IMG/VR virus record: IMGVR_UViG_3300030330_002855
Coordinates: 1-25,362 of that record
Direction: 5' to 3' (one strand)
Length of the DNA stretch: 25,362 nucleotides
From: a virus
Taxonomy: Duplodnaviria; Caudoviricetes
Shown piece after piece: positions 10,650 through 17,629 of the stretch. How positions within the stretch are numbered: the first letter of the stretch is position 1; each line of letters begins with the position of its first letter. The notes beneath the pieces were generated by a model, which was given only the letters and a program-made list of their open reading frames with translations, was not told where the DNA came from and ran no database searches. Position numbers and translations under genes: made by a program.

Positions 10650-10988
10650 TTAATCGCCATCATATCTCTTGCGCTCTTCCCTCTCGTTTACCTTTTTAGT
10701 TCTCCACTCTTCAAAGCCAATCTTTAAAGCATCTATCTGCACCTTGACTGACATCAAGTGTCCTTGTGCAATGCCTACATTCAATCTAGATTGATAGATT
10801 ACATCTTGATTTTCTGCGTATGTTTCTTGTGAAGCAACTGATTTATTGCCATGAGAGATAGCTTCTGTCTTCAGTCGAGCCATAAGTCTCTGCAAGTTTG
10901 CCTTCTCATTATGAACTTCTATCTCTGCTTTCTCTAAGACAGGAGCGAGACCTCTAATTTTTTCCATCCACAATTCTTTTTCTTCCAT
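10650..10988 (-). CDS. Helical phage protein, possibly a UvsY-like recombination mediator
   Basis: 112 aa coiled-coil ending WRT..VNER, inside the recombination operon; SD-like GGGGG upstream. Function is inference only. Confidence 0.55.
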   Translation of the reverse strand: MEEKELWMEKIRGLAPVLEKAEIEVHNEKANLQRLMARLKTEAISHGNKSVASQETYAENQDVIYQSRLNVGIAQGHLMSVKVQIDALKIGFEEWRTKKVNEREERKRYDGD

Positions 10989-10992
10989 TTGA

Positions 10993-11304
10993 TTACCCCC
11001 TTTGCACTTTACTAATCTTATCTATAGTAAATGCTTCATTTTTAGTAGCATCTTTTCTTATTTGTTCATACTTTTTTTTAACGCCATCCTTCATAAAGCT
11101 ACAGTAAGCTTCTCTAGTTTTAGGAAATAAACCATTCAAAACATATTCGATTTGGTCTGTCATTTTCATATCTAATTCTTCTTCAAAGTGCTCCATCAAC
11201 TTAAATTCATTTTCTGAAAAAGAAACTTTCACTGCAAAATAATTTATCTCTGTTCCTCTAAAACACCCTTTATAAGGATTATTATCTATAATTTTTATCG
11301 CCAT
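10993..11304 (-). CDS. Hypothetical protein (103 aa)
   Basis: GGAGG RBS 5 nt upstream of ATG; co-oriented with the operon. Confidence 0.7.
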   Translation of the reverse strand: MAIKIIDNNPYKGCFRGTEINYFAVKVSFSENEFKLMEHFEEELDMKMTDQIEYVLNGLFPKTREAYCSFMKDGVKKKYEQIRKDATKNEAFTIDKISKVQRG

Positions 11305-11386
11305 TTTATCCTCCGTTATTTAATGATCCGTTGCGACCACAGGTGGATCAAGCCTGCAACTTAAGTATGGAGTCACTTTGGTCTAA

Positions 11387-11599
11387 TCAAACACCCAATG
11401 CTGTTTGCTCTGCTTCCCTTTGGTTCTTGTCAATCACATACTGCAAGTAATCGATCAACAACTTGTGCGGTGTAGTCTTTAATGGATCACGCACATTCTC
11501 CAATTGTTTAGTCAAAGCATTGTAAGATGAAAGAAAGTTATGAAAGTCTTGCGGATTAGTAACTTCCTCTATCTCTTGTATTATTCCCTTTGCGTACAT
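11387..11599 (-). CDS. Hypothetical protein (about 70 aa, start revised to MYAKGII)
   Basis: ORF-track entry 11387..11782 overlaps the SSB-like gene. The ATG at 11599 lies just after the SSB stop and removes the overlap. Confidence 0.6.
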   Translation of the reverse strand: MYAKGIIQEIEEVTNPQDFHNFLSSYNALTKQLENVRDPLKTTPHKLLIDYLQYVIDKNQREAEQTALGV

Positions 11600-11603
11600 C
11601 TTT

Positions 11604-11933
11604 CTAAAAAGGGATATCTTCGTTGGCGAAAGGGTCGGACTGTTGTCTGTTATCATGTCCTCCCTCATTAGGTTTACTTTCTTGGGGTACATTATTGACC
11701 TCCTCTTTCTTTGGTTGTGGTAAATCAAATCGGGCATACTTGTATTCGTTGCCATCCCTTGACGTTCTATCCCAAAGGGCAACTCTAACTTCAGCTTCGC
11801 CCCCCTCTTTAACCTTAGTAACTAAACCTTTAAGTAGTTCTCTACTTAACTTAATTGATCCTGTCCAATCTGGTTGTTTATCTCCAGATTTAAAATTGTT
11901 TGTAAATATCTGTCCATCACTTTGTATCTGCAT
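11604..11933 (-). CDS. Single-stranded DNA-binding protein-like (DUF736-type OB fold, acidic IPF tail)
   Basis: N..K..DKQPDWTG...VALW..TS..G..Y pattern and C-terminal EDIPF. Start revised to ATG 11933, which has AGGAG upstream. Confidence 0.75.
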   Translation of the reverse strand: MQIQSDGQIFTNNFKSGDKQPDWTGSIKLSRELLKGLVTKVKEGGEAEVRVALWDRTSRDGNEYKYARFDLPQPKKEEVNNVPQESKPNEGGHDNRQQSDPFANEDIPF

Positions 11934-12654
11934 CACCAATCTCCTTTTCAAATGCATTTGTTTTCTTCATAAATTTGTCAATTAACTTTTTGTATTCTTC
12001 TGGCACTTGTTCCTCAAGAACCTTGAAGTGACTTTTGTTATTAACAAACAACTCTTTTAAGGATACAACATCTTCAGCTTTATCAATCAACGCTAACATA
12101 GGTGTAACAAATGTGTCAGCATATTTCTTAGGGTCTGATGTCCAGTCCTTTGTTTCTTCTTTTACTGGTTGCTTCTTAGGCTTTTCAGCTTTGACAACTT
12201 TCTCTTCAACCTTCTCTTCTTTTTCACTTGGAGGTAAATCCTCTCCCGCATAGATGTAATGCCCTAATCCAAAAAGTGCTAGAGTCTTTACCAAGCATCG
12301 CATCTTGGCGTCACTAACATCTCTAGAATTTGGATTAACTTTGGCATTGTTTCTGTTGTCCATAACAGGCAACCACATTTCTCTGGTTACAGAACCTATA
12401 GAAACTCTGCATCTAACTTCAGCAGTCTTGTCTGGAAAAAATACACAAGGTAAATTTGTTTGCGGATCATGATAAAAATCAATTACTGCATCGGGATAAT
12501 GATCCATCAAAACACCCCACGCCCATGCCCAAGATAAATAACTTAGGTTCATTTTCTTTTCAATATGATCGTTACAATCTACTTTACTAAGTGTATTCCA
12601 TATAGTTTGATAAGTAGGTTTAGATAAAAGTGCATCTAATGCTTTGTCATCCAT
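11917..12654 (-). CDS. Sak/Rad52-like single-strand annealing protein (DUF1071-type)
   Basis: EKK.NLSYLSWAWAW...LPVMD.RN...MRCLVK..ALFGLG.YIYAGEDLP signature; AGGAG RBS. Confidence 0.85.
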   Translation of the reverse strand: MDDKALDALLSKPTYQTIWNTLSKVDCNDHIEKKMNLSYLSWAWAWGVLMDHYPDAVIDFYHDPQTNLPCVFFPDKTAEVRCRVSIGSVTREMWLPVMDNRNNAKVNPNSRDVSDAKMRCLVKTLALFGLGHYIYAGEDLPPSEKEEKVEEKVVKAEKPKKQPVKEETKDWTSDPKKYADTFVTPMLALIDKAEDVVSLKELFVNNKSHFKVLEEQVPEEYKKLIDKFMKKTNAFEKEIGDADTK

Positions 12655-13534
12655 TCGCTAACTCCTCTTTATACTGGTTACAAAATTGAGCAACATTGCA
12701 GTATGCACCGCATCTAATTGATTCACCTTTAGAAATCTCTATAGATAAACCATCTTCGTTACTCCCCAAAAACTCTTCGGCTTCTTTCAGACTAGGTAAA
12801 ACTCTAATTGCTCTTTTCCTACCCTTCTTTATCACACGAAAAGTGTCCTCTCTTTTCCACCTGTCTTCATCAGAACATAGCGGTAACTCACCATCCATAC
12901 TATGTTTGAATTCAGAAGACCTATGAAAAGAAACTCTATCTTTAAAAAACTGCAACTGTTCTTGCTCAGACCACAGCGGTATATCAATAGTAATGATACT
13001 GCTCTTTGGATAATCACCGCCTCTTCTCTGCAACTCCCTTCGATTCCAGTCGCGAGCTATCGCAATAATATTTAACTGGTTAATGGTTTCTCCAGTGTTG
13101 TGCTTGTAGAGATATGCATAACAGTTAAGCTGTTTCTCCCAATCAGACTTGCCTTCCTTCAAAGCGTTGACCACAGTCCATACTGAAGTAACTTTATAAT
13201 CTTTAAGAATCTTATCATGCACAGCCAAGCTATCTGTCTGACCACTAACAGTCCATCCTTCTATGTCTGCAAACAATCTTTGCTCTGTAATAGTGTCATC
13301 ATAGTTTTCATTTGCCCTTTCTAATATTGCATGTACAGCTTGACCTAGTATTTTCCAAGTCTCATCTGAATAATCTAGAACAATATCATCATGATGTTTT
13401 CGCTCTAACAATCTGATTCTAGGAGGTTGCAATAAACCAGTTACACTTATGTCAGAGTTACCCCTAGTGTACTGGTCATTTTCTATTGCCCTAATAATCT
13501 CTTTAGGGATGTCATGCTTGTTAGTATATTTCAT
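12647..13534 (-). CDS. PD-(D/E)XK exonuclease (RecB/Cas4-like), partner of the annealase
   Basis: GQAVHAILE, E.RL, SGQTD, DYKVT motifs and C-terminal C...RC..YC.....C cysteines (possible Fe-S cluster). Confidence 0.85.
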   Translation of the reverse strand: MKYTNKHDIPKEIIRAIENDQYTRGNSDISVTGLLQPPRIRLLERKHHDDIVLDYSDETWKILGQAVHAILERANENYDDTITEQRLFADIEGWTVSGQTDSLAVHDKILKDYKVTSVWTVVNALKEGKSDWEKQLNCYAYLYKHNTGETINQLNIIAIARDWNRRELQRRGGDYPKSSIITIDIPLWSEQEQLQFFKDRVSFHRSSEFKHSMDGELPLCSDEDRWKREDTFRVIKKGRKRAIRVLPSLKEAEEFLGSNEDGLSIEISKGESIRCGAYCNVAQFCNQYKEELANG

Positions 13535-13821
13535 TCGTGAACATCGTAGTCGTGTAGTCTCCAGACTCTAAGACCATCAATGCGACCATCTGGGTCTTTT
13601 AAAAATCTGTAAGTAAATCTTTTCATTGGATTCTGCTCATTGCCATATCTTCTATAGCTAGCACAAACCCTGTTGCGGAACTTATCAACATCTTCTTTTT
13701 CCCTCATGGGTATCTTAACACTATCTCCTACATCCATTTGTTTCCAAGGATATCTTTCAGCTTTTGTGTTGCGAAGAATCATGTCGCTAGGAAATGGTAT
13801 ATTCTTATCTATCTTATGCAT
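13531..13821 (-). CDS. Small phage protein, paralog A (IDKNIP...YPW..M.VGDS...RVWRL)
   Basis: Start revised to ATG 13821 (TAATG coupling to the upstream gene). Motif pattern shared with the adjacent ORF. Confidence 0.7.
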   Translation of the reverse strand: MHKIDKNIPFPSDMILRNTKAERYPWKQMDVGDSVKIPMREKEDVDKFRNRVCASYRRYGNEQNPMKRFTYRFLKDPDGRIDGLRVWRLHDYDVHE

Positions 13822-14081
13822 TATTCTAACCTCCATATGCCTATGCCATTGACACCGTATTCATCTTCAGTAATTCTGCGAGTAGCAAATTTTCTTTTTG
13901 ATTTATTTTTGTAAGCCGATACAAAATTTCTAATTAATAATGCATCTTCATAATAATTATCCTCAGCCATAGGTACTTTTATCATCTCTCCAACCTGTAA
14001 TTCCTCTATGTTTATAGGGTATTTTTTAGGTCTGCCTGTACGTTTAGGCAACGGAATATCTTTTTCTATCTGATAACTCAT
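13821..14081 (-). CDS. Small phage protein, paralog B (IEKDIP...KYP...L.VGE...IWRL)
   Basis: GAGGG RBS; first gene of the leftward recombination operon. Confidence 0.75.
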   Translation of the reverse strand: MSYQIEKDIPLPKRTGRPKKYPINIEELQVGEMIKVPMAEDNYYEDALLIRNFVSAYKNKSKRKFATRRITEDEYGVNGIGIWRLE

Positions 14082-14111
14082 TTATAATCCCTCACATAAT
14101 TATGATATTAT

Positions 14112-14155
14112 ATAATAAATCATAGGTTGATAATATGCAACTTGTGTATTAGTAT
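14112..14155. promoter_or_regulatory. Divergent sigma70-like promoters
   Basis: Minus strand: TTGCAT (14140-14135)-N17-TATTAT (14117-14112). Plus strand: TTGATA (14127-14132)-N17-TAGTAT (14150-14155), which puts +1 at the ATG of 14162. Confidence 0.55.
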
Positions 14156-14161
14156 TTATAA

Positions 14162-14419
14162 ATGGCTAGTGGTGATGACAGTAAATTAATCAGAGCAATT
14201 TTTAAACAAGCAGTAAGAGATATTGCCAGTAAAGATTTGAATAAATCCACTGATGCCATGCAATATTTAAAGAGTGAGGACTTTCTAGATTTATGCGACA
14301 GTTTAAAGATCAATCATCAAGGTGCGGTGAAATCAATCATGGCACTAACTAATTATCCATTAATTTCAAGAAAGAAATTAGCCAACAATATTGCAAGGGA
14401 GATAGATACTTTAGTGTAG
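14162..14419 (+). CDS. Hypothetical protein (85 aa), probably leaderless
   Basis: L.RAIFKQAVRD...A..YL.SEDF..LC pattern; no SD; -10 element 7 nt upstream of ATG. Confidence 0.7.
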   Translation: MASGDDSKLIRAIFKQAVRDIASKDLNKSTDAMQYLKSEDFLDLCDSLKINHQGAVKSIMALTNYPLISRKKLANNIAREIDTLV

Positions 14420-14490
14420 TAGTTACTTACTACATTTACTAAGTGTTTATTTTAAAGGAGGTTACTACTTACTAGTAAGTTATTATAATA
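14415..14490. repeat. TACT-rich palindromic cluster upstream of the primase-helicase (promoter and possible origin/operator)
   Basis: TGTAGTA-N6-TACTACA (14415-14434), perfect palindrome ACTTACTAGTAAGT (14467-14480), TATTATAATA (14481-14490) containing TATAAT. Confidence 0.5.
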
Positions 14491-14507
14491 ATTTAGCGGA
14501 GAAAATT

Positions 14508-16262
14508 ATGGATGTCAACACAGCGGTAGAGTCGTCTACCTATTCCCTTAGCTTGGGACAACACAAAATCGCCTGTCCACTTTGTCAAGATACCCGATCA
14601 AAACATAAAAGGGATAAACCCTTATCAGTCAATATAGAAAGCGAAAAGATTATTTACAACTGCCATCACTGCGGTGAGAACGGAATCGTGCCAAAGAAAA
14701 CTCAAACAAGACTAAGAGCAGTCAAGCCAACACCAAAGCCTGTCACTAAAATAGATGAGCCTGTCAATGATTTGAGAAGCGTTGGCGCTTTATTTCTTAA
14801 AAGCAGAAAGATAAGTCCAGAGGTAGCTTTGTCTTACGGCACAGCGATTGGCGGATCAGGTGCAAATAAATATAAACCAGTCATAGGTTTTGTCTACCGC
14901 ACAGCAGAAGGGGATATTGAAGCTATCAAATATAGAGATGCCGAAGATAAAAGATTCTGGTGGGATGGCAATGCAACTAGGTTGTGGGGCACAAATGTCA
15001 AAGATAGAAAGCTACCCGATTTAGAAAACACCATTGTAATTACCGAAGGAGAGTTAGATGCCTTAGCAATCAAGACAGCCTTCCATGATTATATGAACGT
15101 AGAAGTTTATTCTGTACCAAATGGTGCGCCATCAAAGATTACTAACAATAAAGTCGATGCATCAGAGGACGGTAGATTTAAATACGTTTGGGAAGACAGG
15201 CAAAAGTTTGAGGGTGTAGAAAAGATTATACTGGCAACAGATAATGATGTGTCTGGTGATGTGTTAGCTGACGAATTATCTAGACGATTAAATAAAGCAA
15301 GGTGCTATCGTGTGGATTTCCAAGGCGAGAAAGATGCTAATGATTTGCTAATAGCAAAAGGCAAGTATGATTTAAAGCAGTCGATACTTAATGCAGAGCC
15401 GATACCATTACATGGATTAAACTCTATTGATCATTACTCAGAGGACTTCCAATCTCTGTACGAGAAAGGTATGCCTACTGGAGTTTCAACAGGTTTTGCT
15501 TCTGTGGATAAGCTGTTTACTCTTAGCACAGGAAATTTATTTGTCGTAACAGGATATCCCGGGGATGGCAAGTCAGCTTTTATTGACCAGTTAATAGTCA
15601 ATGTAGCTAGCAACAATGGTTGGAAGACTTGTTTCTGTAGTTTTGAAAAGCCACCTCATCTTCATGCAGTACAGATAGCACAAATACTTACAGGCAAACC
15701 CTTCTTTAAAGGCGTTAACACGCGAATGACACAAGAAGAAAAGGACTATGCAGAGTCATGGATTAAAGATCATATCTTGTTTCAAGACTATATGGATGGC
15801 GATATACCTACGATTGAAAGCATCTTGGAGAAGGGGGCGAATGCGGTACAGAGAGTCGGTGCAAGGATTCTAGTCATCGATCCGTTTAACTTTATTCAGA
15901 CTGACACTAAGTATGCGTTAGAAACAGACATGGTATCTGACATGCTTACTAAAGTTCAGTTGTTTGCAAAGCAACATGATGTCTTAGTATTTTTTGTAAG
16001 TCATCCGACCAAGCCACAAATTAGGGATGGCAAAAAGAATGTATGCACAGGAGTCGACATAGCTAAATCAATGGCATGGTTTTCTAAAGCAGACACAGGG
16101 ATTACAGTTTACAGAGGAGATGATGGAGTTCAGATTCATAACTGGAAAGCAAGATGGGGTTGGCAAGGTTCTCTTGGCAATGTTACGATGCAGTTCAATC
16201 CAGTTAACGGAAGGTATCGAGAGATAGCTAAAGTAGAAGATGACTTTGATTGGGAAATCTAA
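14508..16262 (+). CDS. Bifunctional DNA primase-helicase (T7 gp4/Twinkle-like)
   Basis: Zn ribbon CPLC...CHHC, TOPRIM ITEGELD and DND, Walker A GYPGDGKS, Walker B ILVID, HPTK motif; GCGGAG RBS. Confidence 0.93.
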   Translation: MDVNTAVESSTYSLSLGQHKIACPLCQDTRSKHKRDKPLSVNIESEKIIYNCHHCGENGIVPKKTQTRLRAVKPTPKPVTKIDEPVNDLRSVGALFLKSRKISPEVALSYGTAIGGSGANKYKPVIGFVYRTAEGDIEAIKYRDAEDKRFWWDGNATRLWGTNVKDRKLPDLENTIVITEGELDALAIKTAFHDYMNVEVYSVPNGAPSKITNNKVDASEDGRFKYVWEDRQKFEGVEKIILATDNDVSGDVLADELSRRLNKARCYRVDFQGEKDANDLLIAKGKYDLKQSILNAEPIPLHGLNSIDHYSEDFQSLYEKGMPTGVSTGFASVDKLFTLSTGNLFVVTGYPGDGKSAFIDQLIVNVASNNGWKTCFCSFEKPPHLHAVQIAQILTGKPFFKGVNTRMTQEEKDYAESWIKDHILFQDYMDGDIPTIESILEKGANAVQRVGARILVIDPFNFIQTDTKYALETDMVSDMLTKVQLFAKQHDVLVFFVSHPTKPQIRDGKKNVCTGVDIAKSMAWFSKADTGITVYRGDDGVQIHNWKARWGWQGSLGNVTMQFNPVNGRYREIAKVEDDFDWEI

Positions 16263-16755
16263 ACTTAAGATAAACGAAATAGGTAATGCCTATCTTCATT
16301 CAAAGCAGAGGGTAGGCATTTCAAAGGTTGAAGATACTAATATTGCTAGAGCAATAGTGTATGATCAGCACATCATAGATAGTCTTTATCTCAGTAACAA
16401 ACTAAACGAAAGCGAACACAATGCTTGTGATAAATACCTAGGTCTCATTGCAACTAGCGGTGCGTTTTTGCAAAGCTCAGCAGGAGCTGTTGATAAAATA
16501 TTTACTGGTCAATCTTTTCCTTCTACGCCTCGTTCTATTGTTCTCATCAAAGTTCAAAGAGAATTAAAAAAAGAATGCGGAGAACAAATAGAAAGAAAGT
16601 TCTGGAGAATAATGGTTGATTCACCTAAAGAATTAGATGATATAGATATACAAGTGGTGAAGACCTCGGCTAAAACTTTACTAAACTACTGGTATATTAG
16701 TCTTGGTGAAAGCCCTGTTGTGATGTTCCAACAAGCCCTTGAAGACCGACCTTGA
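16240..16755 (+). CDS. Hypothetical protein (171 aa)
   Basis: Overlaps the end of the helicase gene, co-oriented; converges on the RHH gene. Confidence 0.65.
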   Translation: MTLIGKSKLKINEIGNAYLHSKQRVGISKVEDTNIARAIVYDQHIIDSLYLSNKLNESEHNACDKYLGLIATSGAFLQSSAGAVDKIFTGQSFPSTPRSIVLIKVQRELKKECGEQIERKFWRIMVDSPKELDDIDIQVVKTSAKTLLNYWYISLGESPVVMFQQALEDRP

Positions 16756-16963
16756 CATCAGATGGCAGTTCCGCAGTCGTTGGAACGTCACTAATTTTTT
16801 CTAACCAATCTGGTTTTTTTACTTCAACTTCTATGCCCAACCTTTCTGCTTCGTTGTGAATTAAATGTATGATTTGTTTAGTAACTGATCTGCTTTCTTT
16901 TTTAGCAAGATCATTTGCCAACTGATAAGTTTCTTCTGAACATCTAATGTATAGATTTTTCAT
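16697..16963 (-). CDS. Ribbon-helix-helix (Arc-like) DNA-binding protein
   Basis: KNLYIRCSEETYQLANDLAKKESRSVTKQIIHLI fits the beta-alpha-alpha RHH pattern; start at 16963 or 16969. Confidence 0.75.
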   Translation of the reverse strand: MKNLYIRCSEETYQLANDLAKKESRSVTKQIIHLIHNEAERLGIEVEVKKPDWLEKISDVPTTAELPSDVKVGLQGLVGTSQQGFHQD

Positions 16964-17237
16964 CCTCATATTCCTCTATGTGTATGGTGTCTTCAACCTT
17001 ACCAACTGCAACTGATTCATTTCCCAACTGCCAAAACTTACCTGTCTGCAATCTTTCTAATGCGTGTGCTAAGTAATGCTCATTGCCAATCAACACAGGG
17101 TCAGTCAATAAAGTGATCGCATAAGCCATAGCTTTTCGTTCAGTATCAAACAACCAAACCTTGTGTTGCCATTCACCTTGAGAGTTATACTTATCTCTAA
17201 GATCAAGCACAAACGTATGTCTTATTACTGCGTACAT
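16944..17237 (-). CDS. Hypothetical protein (97 aa), probably leaderless
   Basis: No SD; ATG 7 nt downstream of a TATAAT. Confidence 0.7.
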   Translation of the reverse strand: MYAVIRHTFVLDLRDKYNSQGEWQHKVWLFDTERKAMAYAITLLTDPVLIGNEHYLAHALERLQTGKFWQLGNESVAVGKVEDTIHIEEYEDEKSIH

Positions 17238-17243
17238 AGATTT

Positions 17244-17272
17244 ATTATATAGCTTAATGCAAGCCTTGTGAA
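17244..17272 (-). promoter_or_regulatory. sigma70-like promoter for the 97-aa/RHH operon
   Basis: TTCACA (17272-17267)-N17-TATAAT (17249-17244). Confidence 0.65.
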
Positions 17273-17292
17273 ATCTTTAGTCGAACATCAAT

Positions 17293-17320
17293 AAAAAAGG
17301 GAGCAACTTGCGTTACTCCC
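17293..17320 (-). terminator. Intrinsic terminator
   Basis: GGGAGUAAC-GCAA-GUUGCUCCC followed by U6. Confidence 0.85.
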
Positions 17321-17356
17321 TTTGCGGAGGTGTCAACCAAATGGAATCGTCAACAC
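17293..17356 (-). ncRNA. Candidate small RNA 1 (antisense to the primase-helicase translation start)
   Basis: GUGUUGAC-GAUUCCAUUUG-GUUGACAC hairpin, CUCCGCAAA linker and terminator, directly downstream of a promoter. 5' end uncertain by a few nt. Confidence 0.65.
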
Positions 17357-17360
17357 AATA

Positions 17361-17388
17361 ATTATACGTTATAGATTGCATAGTGCAA
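17361..17388 (-). promoter_or_regulatory. sigma70-like promoter of sRNA 1
   Basis: TTGCAC (17388-17383)-N16-TATAAT (17366-17361). Confidence 0.65.
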
Positions 17389-17393
17389 GAAAA

Positions 17394-17441
17394 AAACTAC
17401 ATATAGTGTATTAATTATTTAGCCACCACAATATGTTGTGC
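17394..17441. promoter_or_regulatory. Tandem NrdR-box-like sites
   Basis: AAACTACATATAGTGT (17394-17409) and CCACAATATGTTGTGC (17426-17441) fit the consensus acaCwAtATaTwGtgt and are offset by 32 bp. Confidence 0.6.
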
Positions 17442-17535
17442 TTTTGCCGCGAGTTAAAAAAAATATTTACTGGTCAACAGTCGTTTACCACAGGTATTAA
17501 AAACACAGGTGTAGGTAAAGCAACTTTTAATAGAT

Positions 17536-17563
17536 AAAAAAAAGGGATGACTATTGCCATCCC
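17536..17563 (-). terminator. Intrinsic terminator (end of early operon / sRNA 2)
   Basis: GGGAUGGC-AAUA-GUCAUCCC followed by U8. Confidence 0.85.
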
Positions 17564-17598
17564 GAAGGGGGTATCACGAATGAATAACTAATCGTGAT
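17536..17598 (-). ncRNA. Candidate small RNA 2 (antisense to recombination-gene translation starts)
   Basis: AUCACGA-UUAGUUAUUCAU-UCGUGAU hairpin, ACCCCCUUC linker and terminator; same design as sRNA 1. Confidence 0.6.
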
Positions 17599-17601
17599 TA
17601 A

Positions 17602-17629
17602 ATTATATATTAAACCTCAATAAGTTCAA
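17602..17629 (-). promoter_or_regulatory. sigma70-like promoter of sRNA 2, overlapping the end of the upstream CDS
   Basis: TTGAAC (17629-17624)-N16-TATAAT (17607-17602). Confidence 0.5.

Noticed and set aside
11600-11782. N-terminal extension of ORF 11387..11782
   Set aside because: Overlaps the SSB-like gene in another frame; the ATG at 11599 is more plausible.
12647-13534. Cas4-like nuclease as a sign of CRISPR
   Set aside because: No repeat-spacer array or other cas genes seen; the context is a Sak/SSB recombination operon.
17341-17361. Plus-strand mini-ORF MESSTQ* with a perfect GGAGGT RBS (and MNN* at 17580-17591)
   Set aside because: Promoters and U-tailed terminators point to the minus strand, so these are better explained as the mirror image of antisense RNAs. 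Not formally excluded.
17484-17519. Possible third sRNA hairpin (TTTACC...GGTAAA with CACAGGT twice)
   Set aside because: No clear promoter or terminator of its own and no target match found by eye.
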